Part shown: in pieces, positions 1 to 10,103 of the stretch
Position numbering within the stretch: position 1 is the first letter of the stretch
Layout of the letters: each line of letters starts with the position of its first letter
Assembly (NCBI GenBank): GCA_946626345.1
Contig: CAMOUB010000001.1
Coordinates: 643-64,642, forward strand
DNA length: 64,000 bases
Source of the DNA: an uncultured Bacillales bacterium
GTDB lineage: Bacteria > Bacillota_I > Bacilli_A > Acholeplasmatales > Anaeroplasmataceae
Direction of reading: 5' to 3'
Notes under the pieces: model-generated
The model's input: the letters and a program-made list of their open reading frames with translations, nothing else
The model's database searches: none
Told to the model about the DNA's origin: nothing
Translations under genes and position numbers: made by a program

Positions 1-1002
1 AGAACCTAATACAATTGCACCATGACCAAAATTCATTGAGCAATTTCTGATATTAAAGAATTCTGATGGCTTTTTATATTTTCTTCCCATATAAATCTTA
101 CCAGATTTAATAGCAATACAATCATCACCTACTGAGAAATTAACACCGATTATATCAACATTCTTGCATGATTCTGGGTCACATCCATCAGTATTAGGTG
201 AATTCTTTGGATTAATTAGTTTTAAATCTAAGAACTTTAAATTTTCAGAGAAATATGGATGTAAATTCCATGATGGAGTATTACATACAGTTAAACCTTG
301 TAATGTAATATTATTACAATGATTTAAGAATACACCTCTAGGTCTCCAGGCAATTCTTTTAGTTCTTACATCTACCCACCAATCAGCATTAGATGCATTA
401 CCATCAATAATACCTTCACCAATAATATTAACGTTAGAAACATTAATACCTGTGATAATACTTGCAAAACAATCAAGAGGATTTCCTTCCCATGATCCTA
501 AATTATATTCATCTAATTCATCAGATGTAAAAGTTACACCTGGTAATATTGGATAATGTAATCTATCAATATCTCCAATTAATTTAGCATCTTTTGCAAG
601 TTCAATAGTAATGTTACTTCTTAAAAATATTGGTCCAGTATAATATTCGCCCTTTGGAAAATATACTCTACCTCCATCAGGACATGCCATAATAGCGCCT
701 TGAATGAAATTAGTATCTAAAGATTTACCATCACCTTTAGCACCGAATCTTTTAACATTTAAAGTAACTGATTCTTTTTCAGTCACAAATTCTAAAGAAG
801 CTTTTGAATTAGAATCAAATACTTCTAAATTATACTTTGTATCTTGTTCAAGATTAAAAACAGAAAATACATTAGTTTTAATATTTTCATATATTAATTT
901 TCCATCTAAAGATACAGAGTATTCATTAGTAGTATAAATATCATTATTATCTAACTCAACAGTTATACTTCTAGCAGTTTTATAAATAATATTAAATTTC
1001 AT
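1..1002 (-). CDS. Glycoside hydrolase family 28 (polygalacturonase), runs off the left edge; absent from the supplied ORF track
   Basis: Manual translation from ATG at 1002 (MKFNIIYKTARS...) gives NVKRFGAKGDG, YFPKGEY, PNTDGCDP, GDDCIAIKSG and GHG, the GH28 NTD/DD/GHG motifs. The start overlaps the end of the upstream ORF. No signal peptide. Confidence 0.93.
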   Translation of the reverse strand, partial: MKFNIIYKTARSITVELDNNDIYTTNEYSVSLDGKLIYENIKTNVFSVFNLEQDTKYNLEVFDSNSKASLEFVTEKESVTLNVKRFGAKGDGKSLDTNFIQGAIMACPDGGRVYFPKGEYYTGPIFLRSNITIELAKDAKLIGDIDRLHYPILPGVTFTSDELDEYNLGSWEGNPLDCFASIITGINVSNVNIIGEGIIDGNASNADWWVDVRTKRIAWRPRGVFLNHCNNITLQGLTVCNTPSWNLHPYFSENLKFLDLKLINPKNSPNTDGCDPESCKNVDIIGVNFSVGDDCIAIKSGKIYMGRKYKKPSEFFNIRNCSMNFGHGAIVLGS

Positions 1003-1609
1003 TTTGTTCACCTGCCGTAAAATCTATTTTAATTTCAGCGTTAAGTTGCTTGTTATATTTACTTCTTTGATAGATTCTAATTATTAAACCTTTAATTATT
1101 AATACAATACCATCTATAAATAAATATATAAATCCTACAGTAAAAGGTTCAATACCAATACCACCTGTTGTGCCAAATGGGTCAAATACTAAACCATGTG
1201 GACTCAAAACATCAACAATAATAATACAAATTAGAATGCTAATTGCAAGATTATATACTAATGCAACAAAGAATGATTTTAAACCTTTGAAGTTAATTAA
1301 ATTATATCTATAAGTATTATCTCTTCTATTATACATAAGTCTAGTCATAGGTCTCAATACATAATTCATTAATATAGCTAAGAATAAACCTAACATAACT
1401 ACTAATTGAATTGAAACTCTAGCTGCACCTTCAAGTGTATCATCATAAACTTTCATACCAAGTTCTGCGACACCAAATAATAGAAAAGAGGCAGCCGCAG
1501 CTGCCCAATACTTAAGTAAAAGAAGTTTTAGCCATGACGGTACTTTTGATAATTTATCAACTTCATATGGATTAATATCCATATTTTCATCTTTTACTTT
1601 TTTCTTCAT
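992..1609 (-). CDS. Hypothetical integral membrane protein in the pectin ABC operon
   Basis: 205 aa, about 4 hydrophobic segments, tightly coupled to both neighbours. Confidence 0.75.
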   Translation of the reverse strand: MKKKVKDENMDINPYEVDKLSKVPSWLKLLLLKYWAAAAASFLLFGVAELGMKVYDDTLEGAARVSIQLVVMLGLFLAILMNYVLRPMTRLMYNRRDNTYRYNLINFKGLKSFFVALVYNLAISILICIIIVDVLSPHGLVFDPFGTTGGIGIEPFTVGFIYLFIDGIVLIIKGLIIRIYQRSKYNKQLNAEIKIDFTAGEQNEI

Positions 1610-1611
1610 TA

Positions 1612-2991
1612 TTATCTATCTACCTTTTCGTATGTTCTATCGTAGTTGATAAATGCTAGGATTAAACCAGCAAGTGAGAATACCATAGATCCAATAATAA
1701 CAGACATTGATACAATACAATCGTTATCAAACATTGTAGTAAATACTGTATTTTTGAAACCATGCTTTAATGCATTTTCAGTTGCGAAAATTGAATATAA
1801 GAATAATCCACCAGCAATTAGAATTACAGATGTACAAATTAATGCTTTTATAACAGAACCGAAATTCTTTTTCTTATTTAATTCTAATGATACAAATACA
1901 GATAAGAATCCGATTAATGTTAATACGAATAGAGCAGGACCAGAGAAGTCAAATGGTAATACATCTATCTTTTCTGTACGTCTTGAAGTATAGTTTCCAC
2001 CACCATTATCATATAATCTAGTAGTTACTTCTTTACCATTAATAGTAAATACTGCATTTCCATCTAAAGCAATAGTTAATTTTAAAGATTCAAGATTTCC
2101 ATCACCTTTATATTCAGAACCATTTACTTTAACTAATGTATAATCACCAGCAACTTTAACAAATTTTAAAGAACCAGTTTCATAATCGATATCTTTAAAG
2201 CTTGAACCATGTTCTGCAACTGTAACAGCAGCAGGTTCACTTAACTTAGATGCATAGAAATCTGAATTAGCTTTTGGAGTTGCTTTTAAAACAAATTTAT
2301 AGTCACCCTCATCTAATACAGAAATATGTACTGTAGCAGTACCTTCATCACCAATAAAAATACCAATGTTCTTTGCTGTAGATACTTCATAATCTATTCC
2401 ATCAACAGTCTTATAAACGAAAAGACTATATGACTCAGTATTTTCAGCTAAATCTGCAGCATTAGTTACAGTTAAAGCAAAGTTATCAGCATCACCAGCT
2501 ATTGTAGCAACTGAAATTTGTGGTGTAGCTAATTGATTAGCTTCATCTTTTTCAGCATAGCCATCAATAGCATATTCATTTTGATTTACACCAGAATCAG
2601 CTGTAATAAGATCTTTAGTTAATTCAAGATTTGTATAATCTGTACCATTATAACTATATTTTGCTAAAGTAAATACATAATCATTAGTAACATCTGAAGT
2701 ATCTCCGTTTAAAACTGCCTTAAAATCTACGTTAGATCCTTCAACAACTTTAGAATAAGATGATACAACATGTCTTAATGTTGGAACATGAGCAAACATG
2801 AAGAAACCTAATAATAAACCAGGTAGTGCAAATAAAATTGCAGCTAACTTCATATTATTATATTTAAAAGAATTAAAGAAATCAATAAATACAAATTTCC
2901 AATATCTTCCAAAAGTCTTTAAACCTTTTAAAAACTTTTTACCAATGCTTTCCTTTTGAGGTACTTCCTCATAACGATTTTGATCATTCAT
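1612..2991 (-). CDS. Membrane protein with a large extracellular beta-rich (FN3/Ig-like) insert
   Basis: One N-terminal TM, about 270 aa of Thr/Val/Asp-rich loop, three C-terminal TMs; GGAGG SD upstream. Confidence 0.75.
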   Translation of the reverse strand: MNDQNRYEEVPQKESIGKKFLKGLKTFGRYWKFVFIDFFNSFKYNNMKLAAILFALPGLLLGFFMFAHVPTLRHVVSSYSKVVEGSNVDFKAVLNGDTSDVTNDYVFTLAKYSYNGTDYTNLELTKDLITADSGVNQNEYAIDGYAEKDEANQLATPQISVATIAGDADNFALTVTNAADLAENTESYSLFVYKTVDGIDYEVSTAKNIGIFIGDEGTATVHISVLDEGDYKFVLKATPKANSDFYASKLSEPAAVTVAEHGSSFKDIDYETGSLKFVKVAGDYTLVKVNGSEYKGDGNLESLKLTIALDGNAVFTINGKEVTTRLYDNGGGNYTSRRTEKIDVLPFDFSGPALFVLTLIGFLSVFVSLELNKKKNFGSVIKALICTSVILIAGGLFLYSIFATENALKHGFKNTVFTTMFDNDCIVSMSVIIGSMVFSLAGLILAFINYDRTYEKVDR

Positions 2992-3004
2992 TATCAGATA
3001 CCTC

Positions 3005-4105
3005 CTATCTTATTCTCTTAGTAGTCTCAATATCAAAGAAATGTACCTTTTCCATATCAAAACAAGCTTTTATTTCTTTATCTACAATATTATTTCTTTG
3101 GTAAACTTTTGAAATAATAGGTTGTTCACCGAATAAACCATAAATTAAAGTATAAGCACCTAAGAACTCAGTATAATCTACTTGAATAGTAAATGATGAA
3201 TCTGCAAATTTTTGTAAAGATGCATCGTCAATGTAAACATATTCAGCTCTTACAGCAAACTTAACTTGCTTACCAGCATAATTACCTAGAATTTCATGTT
3301 GATGTGGAGTTAATTTTAGTTTTAATCCTGATTCATGAACAAAATATTCTAAGTTTTCATCAATATAACCATCAGCAAAATTCATTGGAGGAGTACCGAT
3401 GAAACCAGCAACGAATAGATTTTCTGGGTTATCAAACATTTCTTTTGGAGTAGCTATTTGTTGAACATAACCATCTTTCATGATTACGATTCTTGTAGCT
3501 AATGTTAATGCTTCAATTTGGTCATGTGTTACATATACGAATGTAGCATTTAATCTTTCATGTAATTGCATTAATTCTTTTCTCATTGAACCACGTAACT
3601 TAGCATCAAGATTTGATAAAGGTTCATCAAGTAGGAATACAACTGGGTCACGAACGATTGCACGACCAACTGCAACTCTTTGACGTTGACCACCAGATAA
3701 TTGTTTTGGTTTTCTATTTAAGTATGGAACTAAACCTAAAACTTCTGCAGCTTTCATAACTCTAGCATGAATTTCTACTGGATCAACTTTTCTAATAGTT
3801 AATGAGAAAGCCATGTTATGATAAACTGTCATATGGGCATATAAGGCATAATTTTGGAATACCATTGCGATATCTCTATCTTTTGGAGCAACGTTATTAC
3901 ATTTCTTACCATTGATAATTAAATCACCTGATGAAATATCTTCAAGACCTGCAATCATTCTTAATGTTGTAGATTTACCACAACCAGAAGGACCAGCTAA
4001 AACGATAAACTCACCCTTTGCGATATCAATATTGAAATCATATACGGCATGGAATCCATTAGGATATACCTTATTTATGTTTTTTAAAATTACATCACCA
4101 GCCAT
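3005..4105 (-). CDS. Carbohydrate ABC transporter ATP-binding subunit (MalK/MsmX family)
   Basis: [43 protein letters not shown]. Confidence 0.95.
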   Translation of the reverse strand: MAGDVILKNINKVYPNGFHAVYDFNIDIAKGEFIVLAGPSGCGKSTTLRMIAGLEDISSGDLIINGKKCNNVAPKDRDIAMVFQNYALYAHMTVYHNMAFSLTIRKVDPVEIHARVMKAAEVLGLVPYLNRKPKQLSGGQRQRVAVGRAIVRDPVVFLLDEPLSNLDAKLRGSMRKELMQLHERLNATFVYVTHDQIEALTLATRIVIMKDGYVQQIATPKEMFDNPENLFVAGFIGTPPMNFADGYIDENLEYFVHESGLKLKLTPHQHEILGNYAGKQVKFAVRAEYVYIDDASLQKFADSSFTIQVDYTEFLGAYTLIYGLFGEQPIISKVYQRNNIVDKEIKACFDMEKVHFFDIETTKRIR

Positions 4106-4108
4106 AAA

Positions 4109-4717
4109 TTATTTACCTCCTACTTTCTTTTGATTAATACTATTTAAATAAGTAGTTAATTTCTTTGATCTTACCACACCAATGTATCCAGCAAAAATAA
4201 ATAATGCTGCTGCAGCTACTAAACAAACGATAGCAATTATACCTCTAAAAGTACCACTTTGAGGTAAGTATACTAATTGGTCAGTATTTTTTGAATAAAT
4301 AGTTGCACCTAAATATGGATATGGTTTAGTATCTGTTGGCTTACCTGCAGACACCCACTTATTATATTCAAGAATTAATTGTAAAGGAATCCAGAAAATT
4401 CTAGCACCACAAACAGCTCCAATAACTATTAAAGCTATAGATCCTTGTAATGAATATGATTTAGCTTTTTCAATAGATAAGAATCCAGATAATAGAATTA
4501 CAATATTAAGCATAATCGCAATAAAGGTATTGAAATTTGTAGGATTAAATCCATTTAGGCAAAAGAAACCTGCCAAAATAGATAAAGCTAAACCACCAAA
4601 ACCTAATTTATAAGATAAAGAATTAGTCCTATATCTCATCATCTCGACTTTGTTTTTACCAAATTCAAGATCTGACATTTTATTAAGATCATTCTTATTT
4701 TCAACGTTATTCATCAT
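4109..4717 (-). CDS. Hypothetical membrane protein in the pectin ABC operon
   Basis: About 4 TM segments; start overlaps the upstream stop. Confidence 0.75.
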   Translation of the reverse strand: MMNNVENKNDLNKMSDLEFGKNKVEMMRYRTNSLSYKLGFGGLALSILAGFFCLNGFNPTNFNTFIAIMLNIVILLSGFLSIEKAKSYSLQGSIALIVIGAVCGARIFWIPLQLILEYNKWVSAGKPTDTKPYPYLGATIYSKNTDQLVYLPQSGTFRGIIAIVCLVAAAALFIFAGYIGVVRSKKLTTYLNSINQKKVGGK

Positions 4718-5619
4718 GCTCTATCACCAGCCATTTCTGCTCTTTGTAAAACTTCTTTTCTTTCTTGAGCTGTAGCATTATATTTAAGAACTGCATAAAT
4801 AATTAAGAATACATTATATGCAATTACTAAAGCAAATAAAGCAACATATATGATAAGAGTTAGATTATTAATATTAAATTTAGAGATTGCAGCTTGGAAA
4901 TTTCTATAACCAACCTCATCATTATTAATCATTTGAGCTAATGAAGTATTAGCTTTATTACCATATACACTTATATAATTATAAAATGCATTATTAAATG
5001 GATCGCTAATATTAGACATAAAAGATACAGCTTGTATTATTAATACTAAACCGTAAACAATATTAACAAATGGTAAAAGAATACCACCAATTAAGTTAGC
5101 TTTATAATAGATTCTTCTATTATGATTAGATAAAATTAATAAACATGCAAATACTATGGCAATTGTAAGACCAAACCATAAAATTTCTGTATTATAAGTA
5201 TCTAATGATTTTCTAAAATTATAAAGATTCATAAATATATCATCATTAAATGAATATACAGTTTTTGGTAAGTAAGGATTTGATGTATCAATAGTTTTTG
5301 TTAAATGAACAAAATTTGTTCCATCAGATTCAAACAATGTTTGGAAAACTGAATTTCCATCAATTAAAGCTTGTGTTTTAGCATATGGCTTATATACACC
5401 ATTTGCTATTTGATCAACTACATTGAAGATTTCTTTTTGGTCAGCACCATTAAGTAATGACTCCTTTACGAAAACTGGTTGATTATCAATTTCATCATAG
5501 TTGATTCTTACATATTTATACTGTGTCATGAAAAAAATTGCAGATACAACAACAACGACAGCAATAATTCCTAGAATAAAATATATCCATTTTGAATTAT
5601 TTAATAAAAATTTTTTCAT
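4714..5619 (-). CDS. Hypothetical membrane protein in the pectin ABC operon
   Basis: 4 TM segments with extracellular loops; GGAGG SD upstream. Confidence 0.75.
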   Translation of the reverse strand: MKKFLLNNSKWIYFILGIIAVVVVVSAIFFMTQYKYVRINYDEIDNQPVFVKESLLNGADQKEIFNVVDQIANGVYKPYAKTQALIDGNSVFQTLFESDGTNFVHLTKTIDTSNPYLPKTVYSFNDDIFMNLYNFRKSLDTYNTEILWFGLTIAIVFACLLILSNHNRRIYYKANLIGGILLPFVNIVYGLVLIIQAVSFMSNISDPFNNAFYNYISVYGNKANTSLAQMINNDEVGYRNFQAAISKFNINNLTLIIYVALFALVIAYNVFLIIYAVLKYNATAQERKEVLQRAEMAGDRA

Positions 5620-5644
5620 TGTAACCTCCTATTAGGAATTATAC

Positions 5645-5682
5645 AATGGTTTTGGTTAGGCAGGTGCCTAACCAATTCCATT
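5645..5682 (-). other. Intra-operon stem-loop after the solute-binding protein gene
   Basis: ttggttaggca (5652-5662) / tgcctaaccaa (5665-5675), extended by aatgg/ccatt; no U-tract in the transcribed direction. Confidence 0.6.
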
Positions 5683-5691
5683 AATTATATT

Positions 5692-8151
5692 TTATTGTTT
5701 TGTGAATGCTTCTGGAGCAATCATACTGAATTCACCAGAAGTGAATGTAGCACCTATATTATATAAGTAGCTTGTATTCTTAATTTCTCTTTGTGCTTTA
5801 ACGTCAGCATATGTATAAGTTGTCTTATCACCAGTTTGACCAGTTAAAACATCACCTGTATAATCAGAACCATTAACAACGATAGCAACCCAACCAACTG
5901 TACCACCAGTAGTTAATTTACCTTCTTGACCCCAGAAGTTTGTAACACCAATATACTTGTTAGAAACAGTTTGATCTTCAGTAGTAAATGCAGCCATTGG
6001 CATAGATGATTTCCATGTCCACTCTTGTGGAACAGCAGATGCAATTGAGAAGTTTTGTACTTCAACAGCACATGCACGAGTTAAATTAGTATAACTTTCT
6101 TTTGTATAATAGTTAGTTGCTTGATAATCAAGACCTGTAGGTCTATAGTGACCGATTGCCCATGTAGTTCCTAAGTATCCACGGCAATAATCCCAGAAGC
6201 CTTTTCCAGACTTAGAGAAATGCTCTAATACTGTTTGCTTAATAACTGGCATAGTTTCGCCTAATACTTTACCTTCATCCCAATATCCAGCTGGACCAAA
6301 GTTTTGAACTTCCCAACCTTCTTTTGTAAACATATAGTCTAGTAAAGCAATTGCAGAATCCTTATTATCAGATGTAATAGGAATTGCCCATGAAGTATCC
6401 TTAACTGAACGGTTTTCTTCATAGTAACGAGTTAATGTCTTACCTGTCTTATTAGTTAAAGCTTGATCCCAAGCATAAGACTCAGTAGGTACAAATGTTA
6501 ATGGAGATAAAATAGATTGAACACCTTGAACTGATTGATCAGCGAATGAAATTCCAGAAGGTGAAGTTGATCTATCTGCAGGCTTAGTACCGATACCATC
6601 TTTATAATCATTTGCAGCAGATTGTGTTGCAGTATAATCATAAGTTACTAAACCATAAGTAGATTGATCTTTTTGATTCTTATAGAAATATCTCTTAACA
6701 GCATTTTCATTTTTACCAGTTGCTGAAGCCCAGAAGTTTGCTTCAATTAAACCTTCAGCATACATACCATGCATATAATCTAGCATATCATATGAAGCTT
6801 GAGCTGTATCGAAGTCATGGAATTTCTTATCAGAACCAATGAATAAGTGATCTTTTTCAGAACCACGTCCTTGAACACCGAATAATGTAGCACCAAAGTT
6901 AAGAAGTGATTCAATACGGTTATCTTGAGGTCCACGTGGGAATAGAGGTACTACTTCATCATATTTACCTTCTTCAGCTGAACCATATAATACATCTGGA
7001 TTAGCTTTGAATACACGCATTAAAGCCATGAAATCATCAGAATTGTAGCATGCACCAATTGATGTGAAGATTGCTGATCTCTTACCACCTAATTTTTCAG
7101 TGATAATATCGCCATATGCAGCATCAATATAAGCCTTGAATTGTTCAATTAATTTTTTACCTGTTGCTGAACCATCAGTTGTATTTAATAATTTATTTTG
7201 TTGAGAAATAATATCTTCAGTTTGTTTAACCTTAACTTGAACTTTGTTTGTAGTTGCAGGATCAACGATATCGATTGTTGTTTCAGCATCTTTATAGTTC
7301 TTTCCATCAACAGCAACATATGATTGTAATTTAGCTTCACCCTTTAAACCTTTAGAAGTAGCAGGTGCTGCCTTACCAGCAACTAGATTACCTGTACCCT
7401 CAGGTAAATCCTTATCTAAAAGTTTTTCAATTTGTTCAGAATCTACAACAAGCATTCTTTCGATTGCTTGGTAACCATCCATATATGGTGTATAGAAAAT
7501 CTTACCACCAGTTGTAATTTCAGTTGCAACGGCAGGATTGTCTTTTAAGAATTTTTCTAAGGCAGGCATGTTTCCTTTATCGATTTCAGCCTTTAAGTCA
7601 ACTAATTGATCTGCTCTACCTAAATCATTTAGGTTAGCTGTAGAATTGAAATAAACATCGATTAAACCAGATCCTTCTTGTGTACCAATGTATGCACCAT
7701 CTGCATTTTTAGAATTCTTGAATAAATCGTTATTTGCCTTGTTATCACCAGAAATAGCACAAGCTTGTTTAATTTCTGTTAAGCCTAAGTTCTTTGTGAA
7801 AGCTTTCCATGCAGGTAAAACTTCATTAGCTTGTAATTCTTCATTTGTAATTGGGTTTAATAAATCTTTGATCTTGTTATTAGCGTTATAAGTGATACCG
7901 AAGTTCTTATTATAAACGATCCAAGCATCAATTGTACCATTAACTTTATACTTAGCTTTTGCTTGATCATAAGAAATTGGATCCCAAACACAGAATGATT
8001 TACCAGCATCTGGAGTAACAGGTGTTGGATCTACATCACCAGTTGTTTGACCACCAGTACCGGAAGTTTTGTTTTCTTTTTTACCACATGAAGCTAATGC
8101 AACACCAGCTAATGCAGCAAACCCTAATAGGGCTAATTGTTTCTTTTTCAT
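5692..8151 (-). CDS. Large extracellular solute-binding lipoprotein (LplA-like, probably pectic oligosaccharides)
   Basis: Lipobox LASC; GKIFYTPY, GMYAEGLIE and AIALLDYMFTKEG motifs of family-1 SBPs; lies next to two permeases. Confidence 0.85.
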   Translation of the reverse strand: MKKKQLALLGFAALAGVALASCGKKENKTSGTGGQTTGDVDPTPVTPDAGKSFCVWDPISYDQAKAKYKVNGTIDAWIVYNKNFGITYNANNKIKDLLNPITNEELQANEVLPAWKAFTKNLGLTEIKQACAISGDNKANNDLFKNSKNADGAYIGTQEGSGLIDVYFNSTANLNDLGRADQLVDLKAEIDKGNMPALEKFLKDNPAVATEITTGGKIFYTPYMDGYQAIERMLVVDSEQIEKLLDKDLPEGTGNLVAGKAAPATSKGLKGEAKLQSYVAVDGKNYKDAETTIDIVDPATTNKVQVKVKQTEDIISQQNKLLNTTDGSATGKKLIEQFKAYIDAAYGDIITEKLGGKRSAIFTSIGACYNSDDFMALMRVFKANPDVLYGSAEEGKYDEVVPLFPRGPQDNRIESLLNFGATLFGVQGRGSEKDHLFIGSDKKFHDFDTAQASYDMLDYMHGMYAEGLIEANFWASATGKNENAVKRYFYKNQKDQSTYGLVTYDYTATQSAANDYKDGIGTKPADRSTSPSGISFADQSVQGVQSILSPLTFVPTESYAWDQALTNKTGKTLTRYYEENRSVKDTSWAIPITSDNKDSAIALLDYMFTKEGWEVQNFGPAGYWDEGKVLGETMPVIKQTVLEHFSKSGKGFWDYCRGYLGTTWAIGHYRPTGLDYQATNYYTKESYTNLTRACAVEVQNFSIASAVPQEWTWKSSMPMAAFTTEDQTVSNKYIGVTNFWGQEGKLTTGGTVGWVAIVVNGSDYTGDVLTGQTGDKTTYTYADVKAQREIKNTSYLYNIGATFTSGEFSMIAPEAFTKQ

Positions 8152-8184
8152 TTTTTTCTTTTTTCTCCTTTTTTCTCTTTTCTA

Positions 8185-9045
8185 CTATTCCTTAACTCCA
8201 CCAACAGTTACACCAGCTGCGAAATATTTTTGCAAGCTTGGATAAATAACTATAACTGGAATGATAGAACAAACTATGAATGCATATTGCATACTGTAAA
8301 TAGAATAAGGTAACTCAACACCTTGGCTTGATGTTTCTACTAATGCAGCCATATTATTCTTAATGAATACTGTTAATAATACGTCTGTATCTTTTTCTAG
8401 TAACATTTGAGCCCAAATATATCCATTCCATCTTGCAACTGCATAGAACATAGCAACAGTAACGATTGATGCTTTTGACATTGGAATATAAATCTTTGAT
8501 AAGATTTGGAATTCTGTAGCACCATCAATTGTTGCTGCTTCTTCAATTTCAGTTGGAACTGAACTGAAGTAGCTACGTAATAAGATGATATTAAATGCAT
8601 TAAATCCTAATGCAATAATGAACATATATTTATTATCAACGTGGAAGAATCTGAAGTTTTGGTATGTAGGAATCATACCTGCATTGAACCACATTGTAAA
8701 TACTAACATAAAGTTAAAGCCTTTACCGAATACTAATCTAGATTTTGATAATGCATATGCGCCTGTAATTGCAACTAGCATTGATACTAATGTACCATAA
8801 CCAGTTACGAAAAATGTGTTACAATATGCAATCCAGAATTCTTTATTATTGAATACTTCGATATATACTCTACCATTAAATCCTACAGGCCATAAGAATA
8901 CTTCACCTGCGTCTACTGCACCTTTAGAAGATAAAGATCCAGATAATACATACACGAATGGATATAAACAGCATATAGCGAATAATGTTAATAAAACATA
9001 TGATAATACCTTAAAGATTATTTCGGTTCTATCTAGTCGTTTCAC
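8185..9045 (-). CDS. Carbohydrate ABC permease (LplC/YtcP-like)
   Basis: EEAATIDGA EAA loop; C-terminal QKYFAAGVTVGGVKE. Confidence 0.93.
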   Translation of the reverse strand: MKRLDRTEIIFKVLSYVLLTLFAICCLYPFVYVLSGSLSSKGAVDAGEVFLWPVGFNGRVYIEVFNNKEFWIAYCNTFFVTGYGTLVSMLVAITGAYALSKSRLVFGKGFNFMLVFTMWFNAGMIPTYQNFRFFHVDNKYMFIIALGFNAFNIILLRSYFSSVPTEIEEAATIDGATEFQILSKIYIPMSKASIVTVAMFYAVARWNGYIWAQMLLEKDTDVLLTVFIKNNMAALVETSSQGVELPYSIYSMQYAFIVCSIIPVIVIYPSLQKYFAAGVTVGGVKE

Positions 9046-9063
9046 TTTTCCTGTACCTCCTAA

Positions 9064-10089
9064 TTAGAATAATGATGTTGAAGATACACGTCTACTAACT
9101 GCGTTAGCACCAAGTACTAGAACCATCGCAATTAATGAGTTAAATAAGTCAGCAACAACACCCTCTTGAGTAATAATTTGAACTGAAGATAAACCTTCAA
9201 GTCTACCACTCATTCGGTATACTAATGTTGATAATACATCTCCTGTTTCCCATGCACTACGAGTTGTACCAATTAATAGGATTATCTTTTCATAACCTAC
9301 ATTTAAAATATGACCAATACGCATGATTAACATGATAGTTAATGTTGGAGCCATACCAGGGAATGTAACATATCTAATTTGTTGAATCTTAGATGCACCA
9401 TCAATTCTTGCTGCTTCATAGCTTGTTGGTGAAATTGCTAAGATAGCTGCAAAGTAAACAATTGAACCATAACCAGCACCTTCCCAAATACCTGAAATTT
9501 GGTATATTGGTCTAAAGTATCTTGGGTGGTCTAGTATACTTCTTGTATCTTTTAATTGTCCTAGAGCTTTTAAAGCATTGTAAATAACACCAGGAGCATC
9601 AGAAACTGAAGTTTCACCATTACACCATAATGTAATAATTGATGTAACAACAACCATTGATACGAAGTGAGGTAAATATGCACATACTTGAAGGAAGCTT
9701 CTGTAGCCTAGCATTTTAACTTCACTAAATAATAATGCTAGGAAAATTGGAATTGGGAAACCAATAATTAAACCATACATACTATTAACGAATGTATTTC
9801 TAAATGCTTTCCAGAATTCAGTACTAGCATCTCCTACGAAAATGTATTCAAGCCAGTTTGTACCACACCATTGTGATAAGTATCTGTCTGACTGGCTATA
9901 AGATCCCCATTTGAAACCTTCAAGGATACCTCTAATTGGTAAATACTTGAAGCAAATAAGGAATGCAAGCATTGGAATTAATAAAACGTATAAACGCCAA
10001 TCTTTGATGATTGTTTGAAGTCCACGTTTAAACTTCGTACGTTCAACTTCATTAACAACTGCTTGATCTGTTTTGACAGTATTTTGCAT
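9064..10089 (-). CDS. Carbohydrate ABC permease (LplB/YteP-like)
   Basis: YLPHFVSMVV, YEAARIDGAS, GYEKIILL. Confidence 0.93.
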   Translation of the reverse strand: MQNTVKTDQAVVNEVERTKFKRGLQTIIKDWRLYVLLIPMLAFLICFKYLPIRGILEGFKWGSYSQSDRYLSQWCGTNWLEYIFVGDASTEFWKAFRNTFVNSMYGLIIGFPIPIFLALLFSEVKMLGYRSFLQVCAYLPHFVSMVVVTSIITLWCNGETSVSDAPGVIYNALKALGQLKDTRSILDHPRYFRPIYQISGIWEGAGYGSIVYFAAILAISPTSYEAARIDGASKIQQIRYVTFPGMAPTLTIMLIMRIGHILNVGYEKIILLIGTTRSAWETGDVLSTLVYRMSGRLEGLSSVQIITQEGVVADLFNSLIAMVLVLGANAVSRRVSSTSLF

Positions 10090-10103
10090 ACACGCACCAT
10101 CCT

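Noticed and set aside
704-9067. Short ORFs antisense to or nested in the pectin operon (704-937, 1646-1993, 3480-3683, 3912-4133, 7688-7891, 8397-8600, 8585-8800, 8816-9067)
   Set aside because: Shadows of well-supported genes; no SD or motifs; antisense open frames are expected from codon bias
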